64,000 bases of DNA from assembly GCA_964515005.1 (NCBI GenBank), contig CAZEVT010000001.1:229616-293615 (forward strand), in the 5' to 3' direction. Both the position numbers and the translations under genes were made by a program. Position 1 is the stretch's first letter. Every line of letters starts with the position of its first letter. This document shows, piece after piece, positions 1 through 10,199 of this stretch. The notes beneath the pieces were generated by a model. That model was not told the origin of the DNA. It saw only the letters and a list, made by a program, of their open reading frames with translations, and did not search any database. The DNA is from an uncultured Gammaproteobacteria bacterium. GTDB lineage: Bacteria; Patescibacteriota; Microgenomatia; UBA10105; UBA927.

Positions 1-20
1 TTATACTTGCCTTTTGGCTT

Positions 21-995
21 TTGGCCGGACGAAAGAAATTTTCAGTTTCTTGGATTCCGGTCATTGCGATTGCCGGATTTATCGGGCTAAATATTTTTTT
101 TGCCGTCAGCCCCATGGTCGCCGCATACAAGTGGCTCAAGGTCCTAGAGTTCGGGCTTCTTGGGTTGTACATTGTTCAAACCAGGCCGCATATGTCTCGG
201 GTGGTATTTTTTTTGAGTATCGGTGGCCTATATTCTTCGCTTCTTGCCATTCTCCAGTTTTTGCTTCAGCGAGCGCTCGGCGGACCGCTATGGCTGTTGG
301 GCGAGCGGGCATTTAGTGCTTCGACCCCGGGAATAGCGCAGGTTAATTTTACCCGACTGCTCCTGCGCTCGTATGCTACCTTCCCCCATCCGAATGTTCT
401 TGGGGGATTTTTGGCAATACTGCTCCCACTCATGATACGCGAGGCAAAAAATCGAAAAGTATATTATGTGACGACGATCGTTTTGGGAATGATTGCGCTT
501 GTTGTAACATTCAGCCGCAGCGCGTGGATCGTAGGCGCCGCAGGGATTGCGTATGCACTGGGCAAGAAAAACAAGAAGCTCTTTATTCCGCTTGCTATTC
601 TTACGTTTCTTATACTGTTTTTTGTCGGCACCACAGTGGGTCTGCAGGAAGAAGCCGTCGTTATCCGCGAAGAGTTAAACCGTTCAGCAATAACTATGTT
701 TTATGAGTCCCCCCTCATTGGAAAGGGGCTCGGTAATTTTCTCGTGCATTTGCCGCAGACGCTGGTATCCAGAGAAATTTATTTTCTACAGCCCGTACAC
801 AACATGTTCTTACTTGCATTATCCGAAACCGGCATCATTGGATTTAGTTTTTTTATTTGGATTATATGGCGTGCCCGGAAGAATTGGATCATAGCAGCGG
901 TTATTTTCTTAGGACTAGTTGATCATTATTTTCTTACCCTGCAACAGGGCCAACTTTTGCTGACTATTCTTCTTGCGTGTACAATGGCTCTATGA
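21..995 (+). CDS. O-antigen ligase (Wzy_C)-like polytopic membrane protein; frame is open back to the window edge, so the 5' end may be truncated
   Basis: Many predicted TM helices; TFSRSAWIVGAAGIA and HNMFLLALSETGIIG segments resemble the O-antigen ligase family; no in-frame stop between nt 1 and 21. Confidence 0.5.
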   Translation: MAGRKKFSVSWIPVIAIAGFIGLNIFFAVSPMVAAYKWLKVLEFGLLGLYIVQTRPHMSRVVFFLSIGGLYSSLLAILQFLLQRALGGPLWLLGERAFSASTPGIAQVNFTRLLLRSYATFPHPNVLGGFLAILLPLMIREAKNRKVYYVTTIVLGMIALVVTFSRSAWIVGAAGIAYALGKKNKKLFIPLAILTFLILFFVGTTVGLQEEAVVIREELNRSAITMFYESPLIGKGLGNFLVHLPQTLVSREIYFLQPVHNMFLLALSETGIIGFSFFIWIIWRARKNWIIAAVIFLGLVDHYFLTLQQGQLLLTILLACTMAL

Positions 996-2215
996 ACTCC
1001 GTTGTTGCAAAAAATACGCTGAGTCAACTCATTGGCCGCGGAGTAAGTGCAATTGCGATGTTCGTTGTCACCCTCATCGTCGCCCGGCAGTTTGGCGCTG
1101 CGGGTTACGGAGACTTTGTGAAGGTGACGACCTACGTCGCCTTTTTTTATTTGATCGCTGACTTTGGCATCAATGCGATTTTTCTTCAGCAAAAATCGCC
1201 GCGTGCCTTTCCCGCGCTTCTTTTCTTGCGCTTAGTCGGCGGCGCGGGGCTTGTCGCGCTTGCACTTTTTCTCGCCTCAATTCTTCCGGGGACTGCAGAC
1301 AACGGATACACGCCGGTCGTTCGCTTAGGGATTCTCATCCTGTCCCCGACTATCCTGCTGCAAGGATTGATCACTACCGCCAACGCGGTTTTTCAAAAAC
1401 ATCTTCGTTATGACTTGGCGGCGTGGGCAATTTTTTTTGGGTCTGTCGCGACCGTTGCGGCGACGTGGAATTTTGTTGCCCTTCGCCCGTCATCCAATTT
1501 CCTGCCGGTTGTGGGATCCCTGGGTCTTGGGGCGCTCGTGAGCGCGGTTGTTTCTTTGTTTTTTGCGCGACGTCTCCAGGGGCCGACCCATTTTGCCGTA
1601 CGCATGCCGGATGTGACGCGGCTCCTTATGCCCTCGATTCCATTGGGGATTACCCTCCTTTTTAATCTTGTCTATTTTCGGGCAGACAGTTTTATCATCA
1701 CCGTAACGAGACCCACCGCCGAAGTCGGCATCTACGGACTCGCGTATAAAGTGTTTGAACTCATCCTGGTGTTCCCTACCTTTTTTATGAACGCAGTGTA
1801 CCCCGTGCTTCTCAAACAGAAGACCGTTCAATTTACGCGAGTCGTTGCAAAGTCGCTCGTGTTTCTTCTGGTAAGCTCGATATTGGCAACCGGCGTTTTA
1901 TGGACGGCGGCTCCTCTGCTTACCATTATTCAGCCCGATTTTGCCCCAAGCATTTCGGCGCTGCGGACGCTGGCCCTCGGGCTTCCTTTTTTCTTTCTGT
2001 CCGCTGCGCTCATGTGGGGGCTGATTGCGATGAAAAAACAACTGGTGCTTGCAACTATCTACGGCGCCTCTATGATAGTAAACGTGCTGGGGAACATGCT
2101 GCTGGTTCCGCGGAACGGATTTATTGCTGCGGCCTGGATGACGGTTGCCTCCGAAGCGCTGGTGTTGGTCTTGTCAGGAATCGTTTTGGTGAGGGTTTTG
2201 CGAAGTCAGGAATAA
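992..2215 (+). CDS. Polysaccharide/lipid-linked oligosaccharide flippase (Wzx/MOP superfamily)
   Basis: 412-aa polytopic membrane protein with N-terminus MNSVVAKNTLSQLIGRG typical of Wzx-type polysaccharide biosynthesis proteins; overlaps the stop of the upstream Wzy-like gene. Confidence 0.65.
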   Translation: MNSVVAKNTLSQLIGRGVSAIAMFVVTLIVARQFGAAGYGDFVKVTTYVAFFYLIADFGINAIFLQQKSPRAFPALLFLRLVGGAGLVALALFLASILPGTADNGYTPVVRLGILILSPTILLQGLITTANAVFQKHLRYDLAAWAIFFGSVATVAATWNFVALRPSSNFLPVVGSLGLGALVSAVVSLFFARRLQGPTHFAVRMPDVTRLLMPSIPLGITLLFNLVYFRADSFIITVTRPTAEVGIYGLAYKVFELILVFPTFFMNAVYPVLLKQKTVQFTRVVAKSLVFLLVSSILATGVLWTAAPLLTIIQPDFAPSISALRTLALGLPFFFLSAALMWGLIAMKKQLVLATIYGASMIVNVLGNMLLVPRNGFIAAAWMTVASEALVLVLSGIVLVRVLRSQE

Positions 2216-2218
2216 TCT

Positions 2219-2623
2219 ATGAAATTACTAGTCCACACCGATGGGGGAGCGAGGGGAAATCCCGGGCCGGCCGCAGTAGGCGTGGTCATTGAGGAAGAGG
2301 GAAAGACTATTTCCAAGTTTGGAAGGGCGATAGGGGAGGCAACCAACAATGTTGCAGAGTATATGGGAGTAATCGAGGCGCTCGAAAAAATCAAAGAGAT
2401 TCGGAGGGGCCCGGACGCCTATTTCTATCTGGACTCGGTTCTGGTCGTCAACCAGCTCAACGGATTGTTTAAAGTGAAAGACGCGCGTCTTCGGGATTTG
2501 TTGTCTCGGGTTCGGATATTGGAACAAGAGGTTGGAGGGTCGGTTCACTATGTTTCTATCCCCCGCGAGCAAAATAGACGCGCAGATTTTTTGGTGAACC
2601 AGGCCCTTGACCGCGGCATATAA
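2219..2623 (+). CDS. rnhA: Ribonuclease HI (RNase H type 1)
   Basis: HTDGGARGNPGPAAVG N-terminus with DGG catalytic Asp; C-terminal NRRADFLVNQALD motif; 134 aa. Confidence 0.8.
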   Translation: MKLLVHTDGGARGNPGPAAVGVVIEEEGKTISKFGRAIGEATNNVAEYMGVIEALEKIKEIRRGPDAYFYLDSVLVVNQLNGLFKVKDARLRDLLSRVRILEQEVGGSVHYVSIPREQNRRADFLVNQALDRGI

Positions 2624-2677
2624 TCGCCTCATGTCTGATTGATCTGGTTATCAGTGGATTAGACCGCTTTTTTCAGG

Positions 2678-5188
2678 TTGTTTTCGGCGCCCCTTTTTGC
2701 CATAATGCGAACGCATAGTTTGAGCCATATTATGAACGCCGCTGCCCCCCCACCACTGACAGACGAAAACGACTCTTTTCCGGTGGCACGTATTGATGCG
2801 CAGGACACCCCGTACGTATTACCGCTTCGGGAATTTTTGGAAACCAACGGGGTTCGGGTGTTTGTGAATGAAAACCCGAACAGAGATCCCTTGTATCACA
2901 TCGTGGTCGGAGAGGTTGATTTTGTGAAACATATCCTTTCACGACCGCGACAGTCGGAGGCAAAAAGGCTGGCAATTATAGTCGGACTTCCCACGGATGG
3001 CACCCTTGAAGAAGGCCTGCATGCAAAAATATATCTTGCGGATGCGGCGCCGATTTCCCCATCCGGTGCCTTTGACATATTTGAATTTTTCTTTACCGGG
3101 GAGAAGGCGGTACTTGACGGGCGAAAACAGACGTCAAAGACGACACGGGTTGCGCCTGAGATACCCGAGCCTCCCGACGAGGCGCGGGGAGACGATTCAG
3201 AGCGCATAGGCAACATTATTGCGGACGTGTTTGCAGCCGAGCCCAAGTCGCCTGCAAAAAAAGAGAAACCCCGACGCCGAAAAAAGCCGCACATGTTTTT
3301 CCGGGTGTTTGGTTTTGTGGCAACCATCGTGATTGTGTCAGTATTCTGGTATGGGGTGAGCCTCGGGGCCGGTACCGCGGCAATCGTGGCTGGAGCGCGG
3401 TCGCTTGAAAAAGGAGCGGAGGCGTCAGCGGGCTGGAAACTCTCGGCGGCAAGATACTGGACGAATCAGGCTCGATTCGTCCTTGGTGCCTGGTCTTTTC
3501 CCCTGACTTTTATTGGATTTGAGAAAAGCCTTCGGGGGCAAGAGCGGCTCATATCATTTCTCACGGATGCCGAGCGTGCAGTCTCGGAAATTCAGGCTGT
3601 GGCGGTAGCAGGGAAGCGTGTGGCTTCGGGACTATTAAATCAGGTGGATGTGACGAGTACCGGCACGACGCCCGCCTCAGACATCGGGGAACTTCGCACG
3701 TCTGTGATGAGTGCACAAAACACCTTGGGTTTGGCCCAGGCGCAGCTTGCGCTTCTTTTGGAAGAACGGACCTTTCCTTTTTCGCTCTCTCAGGTTGCCA
3801 ACCGAGGAACAGAGGCGGTACGCATGCTTTCGAGCCTCAGGATGCGTACCGCGGACATCGACCGCCTCCTGTCGCTTTTTTTACAACTGTCGGGATTTGG
3901 CAGCCCCAAAACCTACCTCATTCTTCTCCAAAACAGCATGGAGCTTCGGCCTACTGGTGGATTTATCGGTAGTGTTGCAATTGCGACGTTTGCAGACGGC
4001 CGTCTCACGAACCTGGACATTCAGGATGTCTACACGCTTGATGGCCAGCTGAAGGGCCACGTCGATCCACCCATACCCATTCGCGAGATTCTCGCTTCCG
4101 AACATTGGTATCTGCGGGATTCAAACTGGGATCCGAATTTTTTCGCCTCGGCCACGCGCGCCGCTTGGTTTTACCAGAAAGAAACCGGGTCCACGGTTGA
4201 CGGGGTATTTGCCGTCAACGTGCCGTTTGTGGCGCATCTGCTTGCGGCCACTGGGCCTGTTGATTTACCCGACTATGATGACCGGATTACGGCGGACAAT
4301 TTTTACGGAAAAGCCCTCTACTATACCCAGCAGGATTTTTTCCCAGGATCGACGCAGAAAAAAGATTTCCTCGGCAGCCTCGCCCGCGCGCTTATTGAAA
4401 AAACAACCACCGGCAAGGGGGTAAATTCTACGAGTCTTTTTGATGCAATCACCACGTCGCTTGCGGCGCACGACCTCCTTTTTATGCTTGAGAAGGATGA
4501 TCTTCAGGCGATGGTGGAACATTTTGGGTGGGCCGGGCGTGTGCCTTCAGTTTCCGGCTGTACAGGGAGCCCGGCGGGCTGTCGTTTTGATTCTCTGGCG
4601 ATTGTGGAAGCCAATCTGGGGGTCAACAAGGGAAGCTATTTCATCAAGCGATCTCTCGACCGGGACGTGACAGTAGACGCACAGGGGCTCATCCATGAGG
4701 CCGTTACCCTCAAGCTAACAAACACGAGCGGGGGAGACTCTTCGGTGCCGTACCGCGCGTATATTCGATTGGTGTTGCCGCAAGGCCATTCGATACGAGA
4801 GGTGAGCCTAAACGGATCCCCCTTAAAGTTCCGTGCGGTGGGGAAGGCCCCGAGCCTGCCATATATGGAGCGTAGTGACGCAGCGGCGCTGGGAATAGCG
4901 CTGGATATTGCTCCGGGAACAGAAAGCCGGCTTGTGGTTTCGTATGAGCTACAAGACCCGATCGTGTTTGGCCCGGCCGGCGCGGTATTGGAACTTTTTG
5001 ACCAAAAACAGCCGGGCGTAGACGGCGTGGCTGAACACGTGACTGTTTTGTATCCGTCGGATTGGACCGCAGGCGTGGAGGAAGGCGCGCTTGGGGCGGG
5101 CGAGGATTTTATTGCAAAAGAGGGAAAACTCGAGTACAATACGGTTCTTACCCGGGATGTGCTCACAAGAATTCGGCTGACTAGGTAG
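2678..5188 (+). CDS. Large membrane-anchored DUF4012-like surface protein (start codon uncertain: 2678, 2705 or 2732)
   Basis: 836 aa; Lys/Arg-rich stretch then a single TM (FFRVFGFVATIVIVSVFWYGV); RPTGGFIGS...DGQLKGHVDPP core resembles DUF4012. Confidence 0.5.
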   Translation: MFSAPLFAIMRTHSLSHIMNAAAPPPLTDENDSFPVARIDAQDTPYVLPLREFLETNGVRVFVNENPNRDPLYHIVVGEVDFVKHILSRPRQSEAKRLAIIVGLPTDGTLEEGLHAKIYLADAAPISPSGAFDIFEFFFTGEKAVLDGRKQTSKTTRVAPEIPEPPDEARGDDSERIGNIIADVFAAEPKSPAKKEKPRRRKKPHMFFRVFGFVATIVIVSVFWYGVSLGAGTAAIVAGARSLEKGAEASAGWKLSAARYWTNQARFVLGAWSFPLTFIGFEKSLRGQERLISFLTDAERAVSEIQAVAVAGKRVASGLLNQVDVTSTGTTPASDIGELRTSVMSAQNTLGLAQAQLALLLEERTFPFSLSQVANRGTEAVRMLSSLRMRTADIDRLLSLFLQLSGFGSPKTYLILLQNSMELRPTGGFIGSVAIATFADGRLTNLDIQDVYTLDGQLKGHVDPPIPIREILASEHWYLRDSNWDPNFFASATRAAWFYQKETGSTVDGVFAVNVPFVAHLLAATGPVDLPDYDDRITADNFYGKALYYTQQDFFPGSTQKKDFLGSLARALIEKTTTGKGVNSTSLFDAITTSLAAHDLLFMLEKDDLQAMVEHFGWAGRVPSVSGCTGSPAGCRFDSLAIVEANLGVNKGSYFIKRSLDRDVTVDAQGLIHEAVTLKLTNTSGGDSSVPYRAYIRLVLPQGHSIREVSLNGSPLKFRAVGKAPSLPYMERSDAAALGIALDIAPGTESRLVVSYELQDPIVFGPAGAVLELFDQKQPGVDGVAEHVTVLYPSDWTAGVEEGALGAGEDFIAKEGKLEYNTVLTRDVLTRIRLTR

Positions 5189-5197
5189 ACCCATTTT

Positions 5198-5911
5198 ATG
5201 AAAACACACGCGCTCGCGGCTCAAGTCCGCACCATGGTCGGCAGAAAAGTAAAAAACCTCAGGGCCCAGGGTCAGCTTCCCGGCACCGTCTACGGCAAAA
5301 AAGTCAAAAGCCTGTCCGTGACAGTAGCTCAAGACGCATTTGTAAAAGTCTACCGGGTAGCAGGGGAGACCGGAGTTGTCGAGTTGTCTGTGGATGGACA
5401 GGTTCGGCCTGTCCTTATCCACACCGTACAAAAAGATCCGGTCAAAGGGCAGATTCTTCACGTTGAATTTTATCAGGTAGACCTCAAGGAGAAGGTAACG
5501 ACCCGCGTACCGCTTGAATTTACGGGGGACGCGCCTGCGGTTGTCAATAAATTGGGCGTACTGTTGACGCTTCTTGACGAAGTGGAAGTGGAAGCGCTCC
5601 CGACGGATCTTCCGGAAAAGATTGCCGTTGATGTTTCTGGCCTTGCGGACGTTGATCAGGAAGTCAATGTATCAGGGCTTTCGGTGCCGTCTGGCGTCAC
5701 AATCCTCACCGATCCCGCGCAATCCGTTATTCGTGTGGGAGCGCTGGTGAGTAAACAAGCAGAAGCCCAGGCCGCAGAAGAGGCTGCAACCGCAGCAGCT
5801 GCCGCGGCAGAAGTGCCTCCCGAAGGCGCCCCAGCCAAGGAAGAAGGCGGGGAAGAAAAACCTGTGGAAGCGGCAGCTGTCAAAGCCGGAGAAGAGAAGA
5901 AAGTGGAGTAA
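5198..5911 (+). CDS. rplY: 50S ribosomal protein L25 / general stress protein Ctc, with Ala/Glu/Lys-rich C-terminal tail
   Basis: N-terminus LAAQVRTMVGRKVKNLRAQGQLPGTVYGK is typical of L25/Ctc; low-complexity acidic tail. Confidence 0.85.
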   Translation: MKTHALAAQVRTMVGRKVKNLRAQGQLPGTVYGKKVKSLSVTVAQDAFVKVYRVAGETGVVELSVDGQVRPVLIHTVQKDPVKGQILHVEFYQVDLKEKVTTRVPLEFTGDAPAVVNKLGVLLTLLDEVEVEALPTDLPEKIAVDVSGLADVDQEVNVSGLSVPSGVTILTDPAQSVIRVGALVSKQAEAQAAEEAATAAAAAAEVPPEGAPAKEEGGEEKPVEAAAVKAGEEKKVE

Positions 5912-5916
5912 TTCTT

Positions 5917-6456
5917 TTACTTAGTAGTCCTCGAAAGTATTTCCAGGATTTTCCCAATAGTTGGGTTATTCGGATCAATGGTTTGGGCCGCACGTACGTA
6001 CGATACTGCCTCATCTGTCTTCCCCAGCGTGTACAAAAGCGACGCCAGTTGGATATACCCGTCGCGGTAGTCCGGGTAGTTTTTGATAATTTGTTCCCAA
6101 TACTGACGGCGCTGTTCATCTTGGACTGGCGCATTCTGCCACATGGTAAAAAGATCATCCGGGGTCGTCGTAGTACCCAAAACTCTCGATTCAGGGATTT
6201 TTTGTGCATACAGCTCTTGGGAGATGGCAACCTCCTGCACTGCGGTTTGGCGGGCTCCCTGATTCCACAAGTCAACGGCAAGCGCCGCGTGTGGTTCCCA
6301 TGAGAACGGTTGGGAAAATATGGAAGAAAGCCTGCTCCCATAGGCCAGGGGGTAGTTTGCGATGGCAAACACGTTGACTGAAAGAAACGCCAAAAGCAGT
6401 ATCCAAAGGATAGCTGCGGAGAAAATTCGGGAAATGTGCGGTAATTTTAGCCTCAT
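5917..6456 (-). CDS. Membrane-anchored TPR-repeat protein
   Basis: N-terminal TM helix; C-terminal TPR-like helical repeat (YIQLASLLYTLGKTDEAVSYVRAAQTIDPNN). Confidence 0.45.
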   Translation of the reverse strand: MRLKLPHISRIFSAAILWILLLAFLSVNVFAIANYPLAYGSRLSSIFSQPFSWEPHAALAVDLWNQGARQTAVQEVAISQELYAQKIPESRVLGTTTTPDDLFTMWQNAPVQDEQRRQYWEQIIKNYPDYRDGYIQLASLLYTLGKTDEAVSYVRAAQTIDPNNPTIGKILEILSRTTK

Positions 6457-6501
6457 AGGTCAAATGTGGTACCATTGTAGGGATAGAAGGGGATCTTTGC
6501 A

Positions 6502-7206
6502 ATGGCTGACAACAAACGGGCCGCTATGGCGGTCCAAATTCTCAAAAAATCCTACCCCAATGCCAAAATAGTTCTTCAGTATGGATCGCCGTGGGAGCTT
6601 CTGGTTGCCGTTATTCTTTCTGCCCAGTGTACGGATGTGATGGTCAACAAGGTCACCGAGAAGCTATTCGCGAAGTATCGGACTCTTGAGGACTACGTAC
6701 GGGCCGACCTACATGAATTTGAAGCCGACATTAAATCCACAGGCTTTTATCGGGCCAAGGCCAAAAATATTCTTGCAGCCGCGCACCTTATCAAAGAAAA
6801 ATTCAAGCGCCGCGTGCCCAAAATCATGGAGGAGCTTCTCACCATCCCGGGCGTCGCCAGAAAAACCGCCAACGTGGTTTTAGGGAACGCATACGGGGTC
6901 GTGGAGGGTATTGCCGTTGACACCCATGTCTCGCGTCTGAGCCAGCGTCTTCGGCTGGTGGACCTTGGTAAAATCGGAGGGAAGAAGGAGTTTTCCTTTA
7001 CCAAGAATGGGCGCAGGGTCGTTGACTTCAAAAAAGACGCAGATCCGGTAAAAATCGAGCGGGAACTCATGGGCGTGATTCCCAAGAAAGACTGGTTTGC
7101 CACAACCTATATGCTTATCGATCACGGCCGGGCTGTCTGCAAATCCCAAAACCCCAACTGCGCCTCCTGCGTCCTCAACACGCTTTGCCCCGCCTCGCGG
7201 GTCTAG
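6502..7206 (+). CDS. nth: Endonuclease III (DNA glycosylase/AP lyase) with ~25-aa insertion before the Fe-S cluster
   Basis: HhH-GPD region LLTIPGVARKTANVVL; C-terminal 4Fe-4S motif CKSQNPNCASCVLNTLC. Confidence 0.85.
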   Translation: MADNKRAAMAVQILKKSYPNAKIVLQYGSPWELLVAVILSAQCTDVMVNKVTEKLFAKYRTLEDYVRADLHEFEADIKSTGFYRAKAKNILAAAHLIKEKFKRRVPKIMEELLTIPGVARKTANVVLGNAYGVVEGIAVDTHVSRLSQRLRLVDLGKIGGKKEFSFTKNGRRVVDFKKDADPVKIERELMGVIPKKDWFATTYMLIDHGRAVCKSQNPNCASCVLNTLCPASRV

Positions 7207-7245
7207 CGTCTTGCGGGGCTCGTGGCACTGTGGTATCCTTTCCCC

Positions 7246-7890
7246 ATGGCACGAAAGAAATCTTCAATAAAATTACCGCCAGTAGGACTTGTGCCCCAAG
7301 CGCCCATGATGCCTAAGGCCCCCATGCCGATGAAGAAGCTTGCGCTTGTTGTCCTTATTCTTGGTCTTGTTGCCATATTTGTCAGCAATAAAGGACTCTT
7401 GGTGGCGGCAGTCGTCAACGGCAAGCCTATTTTCCGTTGGCAACTGAATAAGACCATGCTTTCCCGCTTCGGTAATCAGACGTTGGAAGGGATGATCAGT
7501 GAATCCCTCATCGCCGACGAAGCGAAAAAAACAGGGGTGATCGTCAGCCAGGCAGACGTTGACGCCAAGGTAAATGTCGTGGTTTCGAGCTTGGGAGGCT
7601 CGGTGAGTATTGACGAGCTTTTGAAGTATCAGGGGATGACCAAGGCTGAATTTGAAAATCAAATTCGGCTTCAGTTGACCGTCGAAAAGCTATTGGGCAA
7701 GGACGTGGTCATCACGGATAACGATGTAAAAAACTTTATTGCAACGAATGCGGCGAGCCTTACCGCCACCGATGAAGCCGGGCTCAAGACTGAAGCACGC
7801 GAGGCCATCATGTCCGCCCATATCAACGAGCGCCTGCAGTCGTGGTTTCTGGAAATCAAAGACAAGGCAAAGATTTTGCGATTCATCTAA
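7246..7890 (+). CDS. SurA N-terminal-domain-like periplasmic chaperone
   Basis: Signal/TM anchor then SurA_N-like helical domain (ISESLIADEAKKTGVIVSQADVDAKV...EFENQIRLQLTVEKLL); ATG at 7246 is the first ATG after the upstream stop. Confidence 0.5.
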   Translation: MARKKSSIKLPPVGLVPQAPMMPKAPMPMKKLALVVLILGLVAIFVSNKGLLVAAVVNGKPIFRWQLNKTMLSRFGNQTLEGMISESLIADEAKKTGVIVSQADVDAKVNVVVSSLGGSVSIDELLKYQGMTKAEFENQIRLQLTVEKLLGKDVVITDNDVKNFIATNAASLTATDEAGLKTEAREAIMSAHINERLQSWFLEIKDKAKILRFI

Positions 7891-7899
7891 TTTCTGCGC

Positions 7900-8580
7900 A
7901 TGAAGACGATCTACATTTTCGCTGTCGTTCTAGTTGTCGGGATTGTGGGTGGCCTATTTATTTGGAGTAAGAATAAAACCCAATCTACAGCAGGCATGCC
8001 GGTCCCAGAAACGACCGGCGTTGAGGAGAAAATAGTAGAATCTATGAAACCAAAACAATACAGTGCCCCGCCCCAAATGGCGATTGATCCGACGAAATCA
8101 TATACCGCGACCATTACGACCGACAAAGGCGTCATGAAGGTCAAACTCAACGCCCGCGAAACGCCCGTCACGGTCAACAACTTCGTATTTCTGTCCCGGG
8201 AAGAGTTTTACAACAACACGGTGTTTCACCGGATCATAAAGGGATTCATGGTCCAGGGGGGAGATCCGCTCGGAAATGGCACAGGAAGTCCGGGGTACAA
8301 ATTTGCAGACGAAAAAATTACAGGTACCTATACGCGCGGCACCATTGCCATGGCAAACAGCGGCCCCAACACCAACGGCAGCCAGTTTTTCATCATGCAC
8401 GCCGACTACGGCCTCCCGAAAAACTACGTCATTTTCGGCGCAATTGATCCCGGCGACGCCGCAAGCCTGGCAACTCTGGACGCCATTGCGGCAACTCCGG
8501 TTGTCTCAAGCGGAATGGGGGAGCAGTCAAAACCAATCACCCCGCCTGTAGTACAGTCAATTACGATAAACGAACTTTGA
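7900..8580 (+). CDS. ppiB: Cyclophilin-type peptidyl-prolyl cis-trans isomerase, membrane anchored
   Basis: FHRIIKGFMVQGGDP and SQFFI motifs of cyclophilins; N-terminal TM. Confidence 0.85.
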   Translation: MKTIYIFAVVLVVGIVGGLFIWSKNKTQSTAGMPVPETTGVEEKIVESMKPKQYSAPPQMAIDPTKSYTATITTDKGVMKVKLNARETPVTVNNFVFLSREEFYNNTVFHRIIKGFMVQGGDPLGNGTGSPGYKFADEKITGTYTRGTIAMANSGPNTNGSQFFIMHADYGLPKNYVIFGAIDPGDAASLATLDAIAATPVVSSGMGEQSKPITPPVVQSITINEL

Positions 8581-9611
8581 TGAAAACATGGAAGAGGCTT
8601 CGAAAGAGCCCGCAGCTTTGGGAGCGGTATTTTATCCGCGAACAGGTCATCAAGAGGGTTCGAGCATTTTTTGACAAAGAAAAGTTCCACGAAATAGAAA
8701 CGCCTCTCCTCATTGCCCATCCGCCTGCAGAGTCCTATCTTGATGTATTTGAAACAACGCTTTTGAACCGCCTCCGGAAGCCCACGAAAGCGTATTTGTC
8801 TACCTCGCCCGAGGTACCTCTCAAAAAACTTATGGTCGCGGGTCTCGGGAACTGTTATTCCATCACAAAAAGTTTCCGCAATATGGAAACACAAAGTACG
8901 CTCCATAATCCGGAGTTTACGATTCTCGAGTGGTACCGGGTCGGCGCAGATTACATGCGTCTTATGGAAGACTGCGAAAATCTCGTTCGGGCAATCGTTG
9001 GCCACGATATACTCACGTATCAAAATCAAGTGATTGATCTCACAAGCCCCTGGAACCGGATCACCGTGGCTAGCGCTTTTAAAACATATGCAGACGTGAA
9101 TTTCGACGATTTTTTGGACGAAGAAGCAGCGCGCAAGATTGCCAAGGGTAAGGGGTATCAGGTAGAAAAGGGAAACACATGGGAAGAGTTGTATAACCAG
9201 ATATTCTTAAACGAAGTCGAGCCACACCTGGGGCAGGGGAAGCCGACGATTCTCTACGAGTTTCCATCAGTCATGGGTGCCCTTGCCAAGAAAAAAGAAA
9301 GCGACCCAAGATTTGCCGAGCGGTTTGAGTTTTATATCGCGGGACTCGAGTTGGGGGATGCGTACAGCGAGCTCACTGATCCGGTTGAACAGGAAAAGCG
9401 GTTTAAGAAAGAGCTTAGTGAGATTAAGCGGTTAGGAAAAACGAGCTACGACTACGACTTCGATTTTATCGAAGCGCTCAAGGTTGGTCTTCCGAAGTGT
9501 AGCGGCATCGCTGTGGGTGTTGACCGTCTTGTCATGCTGTTGGCCGATGTTGCCAACATTGCCGACACCCTCTTTTTCCCGGCGGGTGAGGAGTTTCCAT
9601 TGTCAGAATAA
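8580..9611 (+). CDS. epmA: EF-P lysine ligase EpmA (PoxA/GenX, class II LysRS paralog)
   Basis: Class II aaRS catalytic-core-like protein of ~340 aa lacking an anticodon-binding domain; sits immediately upstream of efp; ATG overlaps upstream stop (ATGA). Confidence 0.6.
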   Translation: MKTWKRLRKSPQLWERYFIREQVIKRVRAFFDKEKFHEIETPLLIAHPPAESYLDVFETTLLNRLRKPTKAYLSTSPEVPLKKLMVAGLGNCYSITKSFRNMETQSTLHNPEFTILEWYRVGADYMRLMEDCENLVRAIVGHDILTYQNQVIDLTSPWNRITVASAFKTYADVNFDDFLDEEAARKIAKGKGYQVEKGNTWEELYNQIFLNEVEPHLGQGKPTILYEFPSVMGALAKKKESDPRFAERFEFYIAGLELGDAYSELTDPVEQEKRFKKELSEIKRLGKTSYDYDFDFIEALKVGLPKCSGIAVGVDRLVMLLADVANIADTLFFPAGEEFPLSE

Positions 9612-9635
9612 GGAAACATAGCTATAATAAAAGCC

Positions 9636-10199
9636 ATGTCTACCATCTCAACCGCAGATTTTACCAAGGGCGGATTTATTGAGTTCAAAAGCGAACCGCA
9701 TCAGATTGTGGAATTTCAGCATGTGAATCCGGGGAAGGGGAGCGCGTTTGTCCGGACGCGCCTCAAGTCCCTTAAAACCGGTAAAGTGCAGGAGTTTACA
9801 TTCAAGTCAGGCGAAACCGTCACCGAAGTGCCGGTTGCGACCCGCGAAATGCAATATCTCTACAAAGAAGGTGACGCCTATGTGTTTATGGATAACACCT
9901 CGTATGAGCAGTTCAGCATTTCTGAGGGAATGCTGGGTCAGTACGTCCATTATCTTAAACCCAACGACACCTACCAGATATTAGTAAATGGAGACGCAGC
10001 CGTCGGCCTTCGGTTTCCCAAGAAAGTTTGCCTGAAGGTCACCGAGGCCACCGAAGGGGCAAAGGGTAACACCGTATCGGGAGCAACCAAAACCGTGATA
10101 GTGGAAACCGGCGCGGTTGTCACCGTTCCTTTATTTATCAAAGAAGGCGAGACTATCGCCATTGACCCGGAAACCGGAACGTATCTGGAGCGGGCATGA
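9636..10199 (+). CDS. efp: Elongation factor P
   Basis: N-terminus MSTISTADFTKGGFIEFKSEPHQIVEFQHVNPGKGSAFVRTRLK with conserved PGKG loop lysine. Confidence 0.9.
   Translation: MSTISTADFTKGGFIEFKSEPHQIVEFQHVNPGKGSAFVRTRLKSLKTGKVQEFTFKSGETVTEVPVATREMQYLYKEGDAYVFMDNTSYEQFSISEGMLGQYVHYLKPNDTYQILVNGDAAVGLRFPKKVCLKVTEATEGAKGNTVSGATKTVIVETGAVVTVPLFIKEGETIAIDPETGTYLERA

Noticed and set aside
4949-5461. 170-aa minus-strand ORF spanning the DUF4012 gene end and the rplY start
   Set aside because: It overlaps two plus-strand genes with strong protein-level support.
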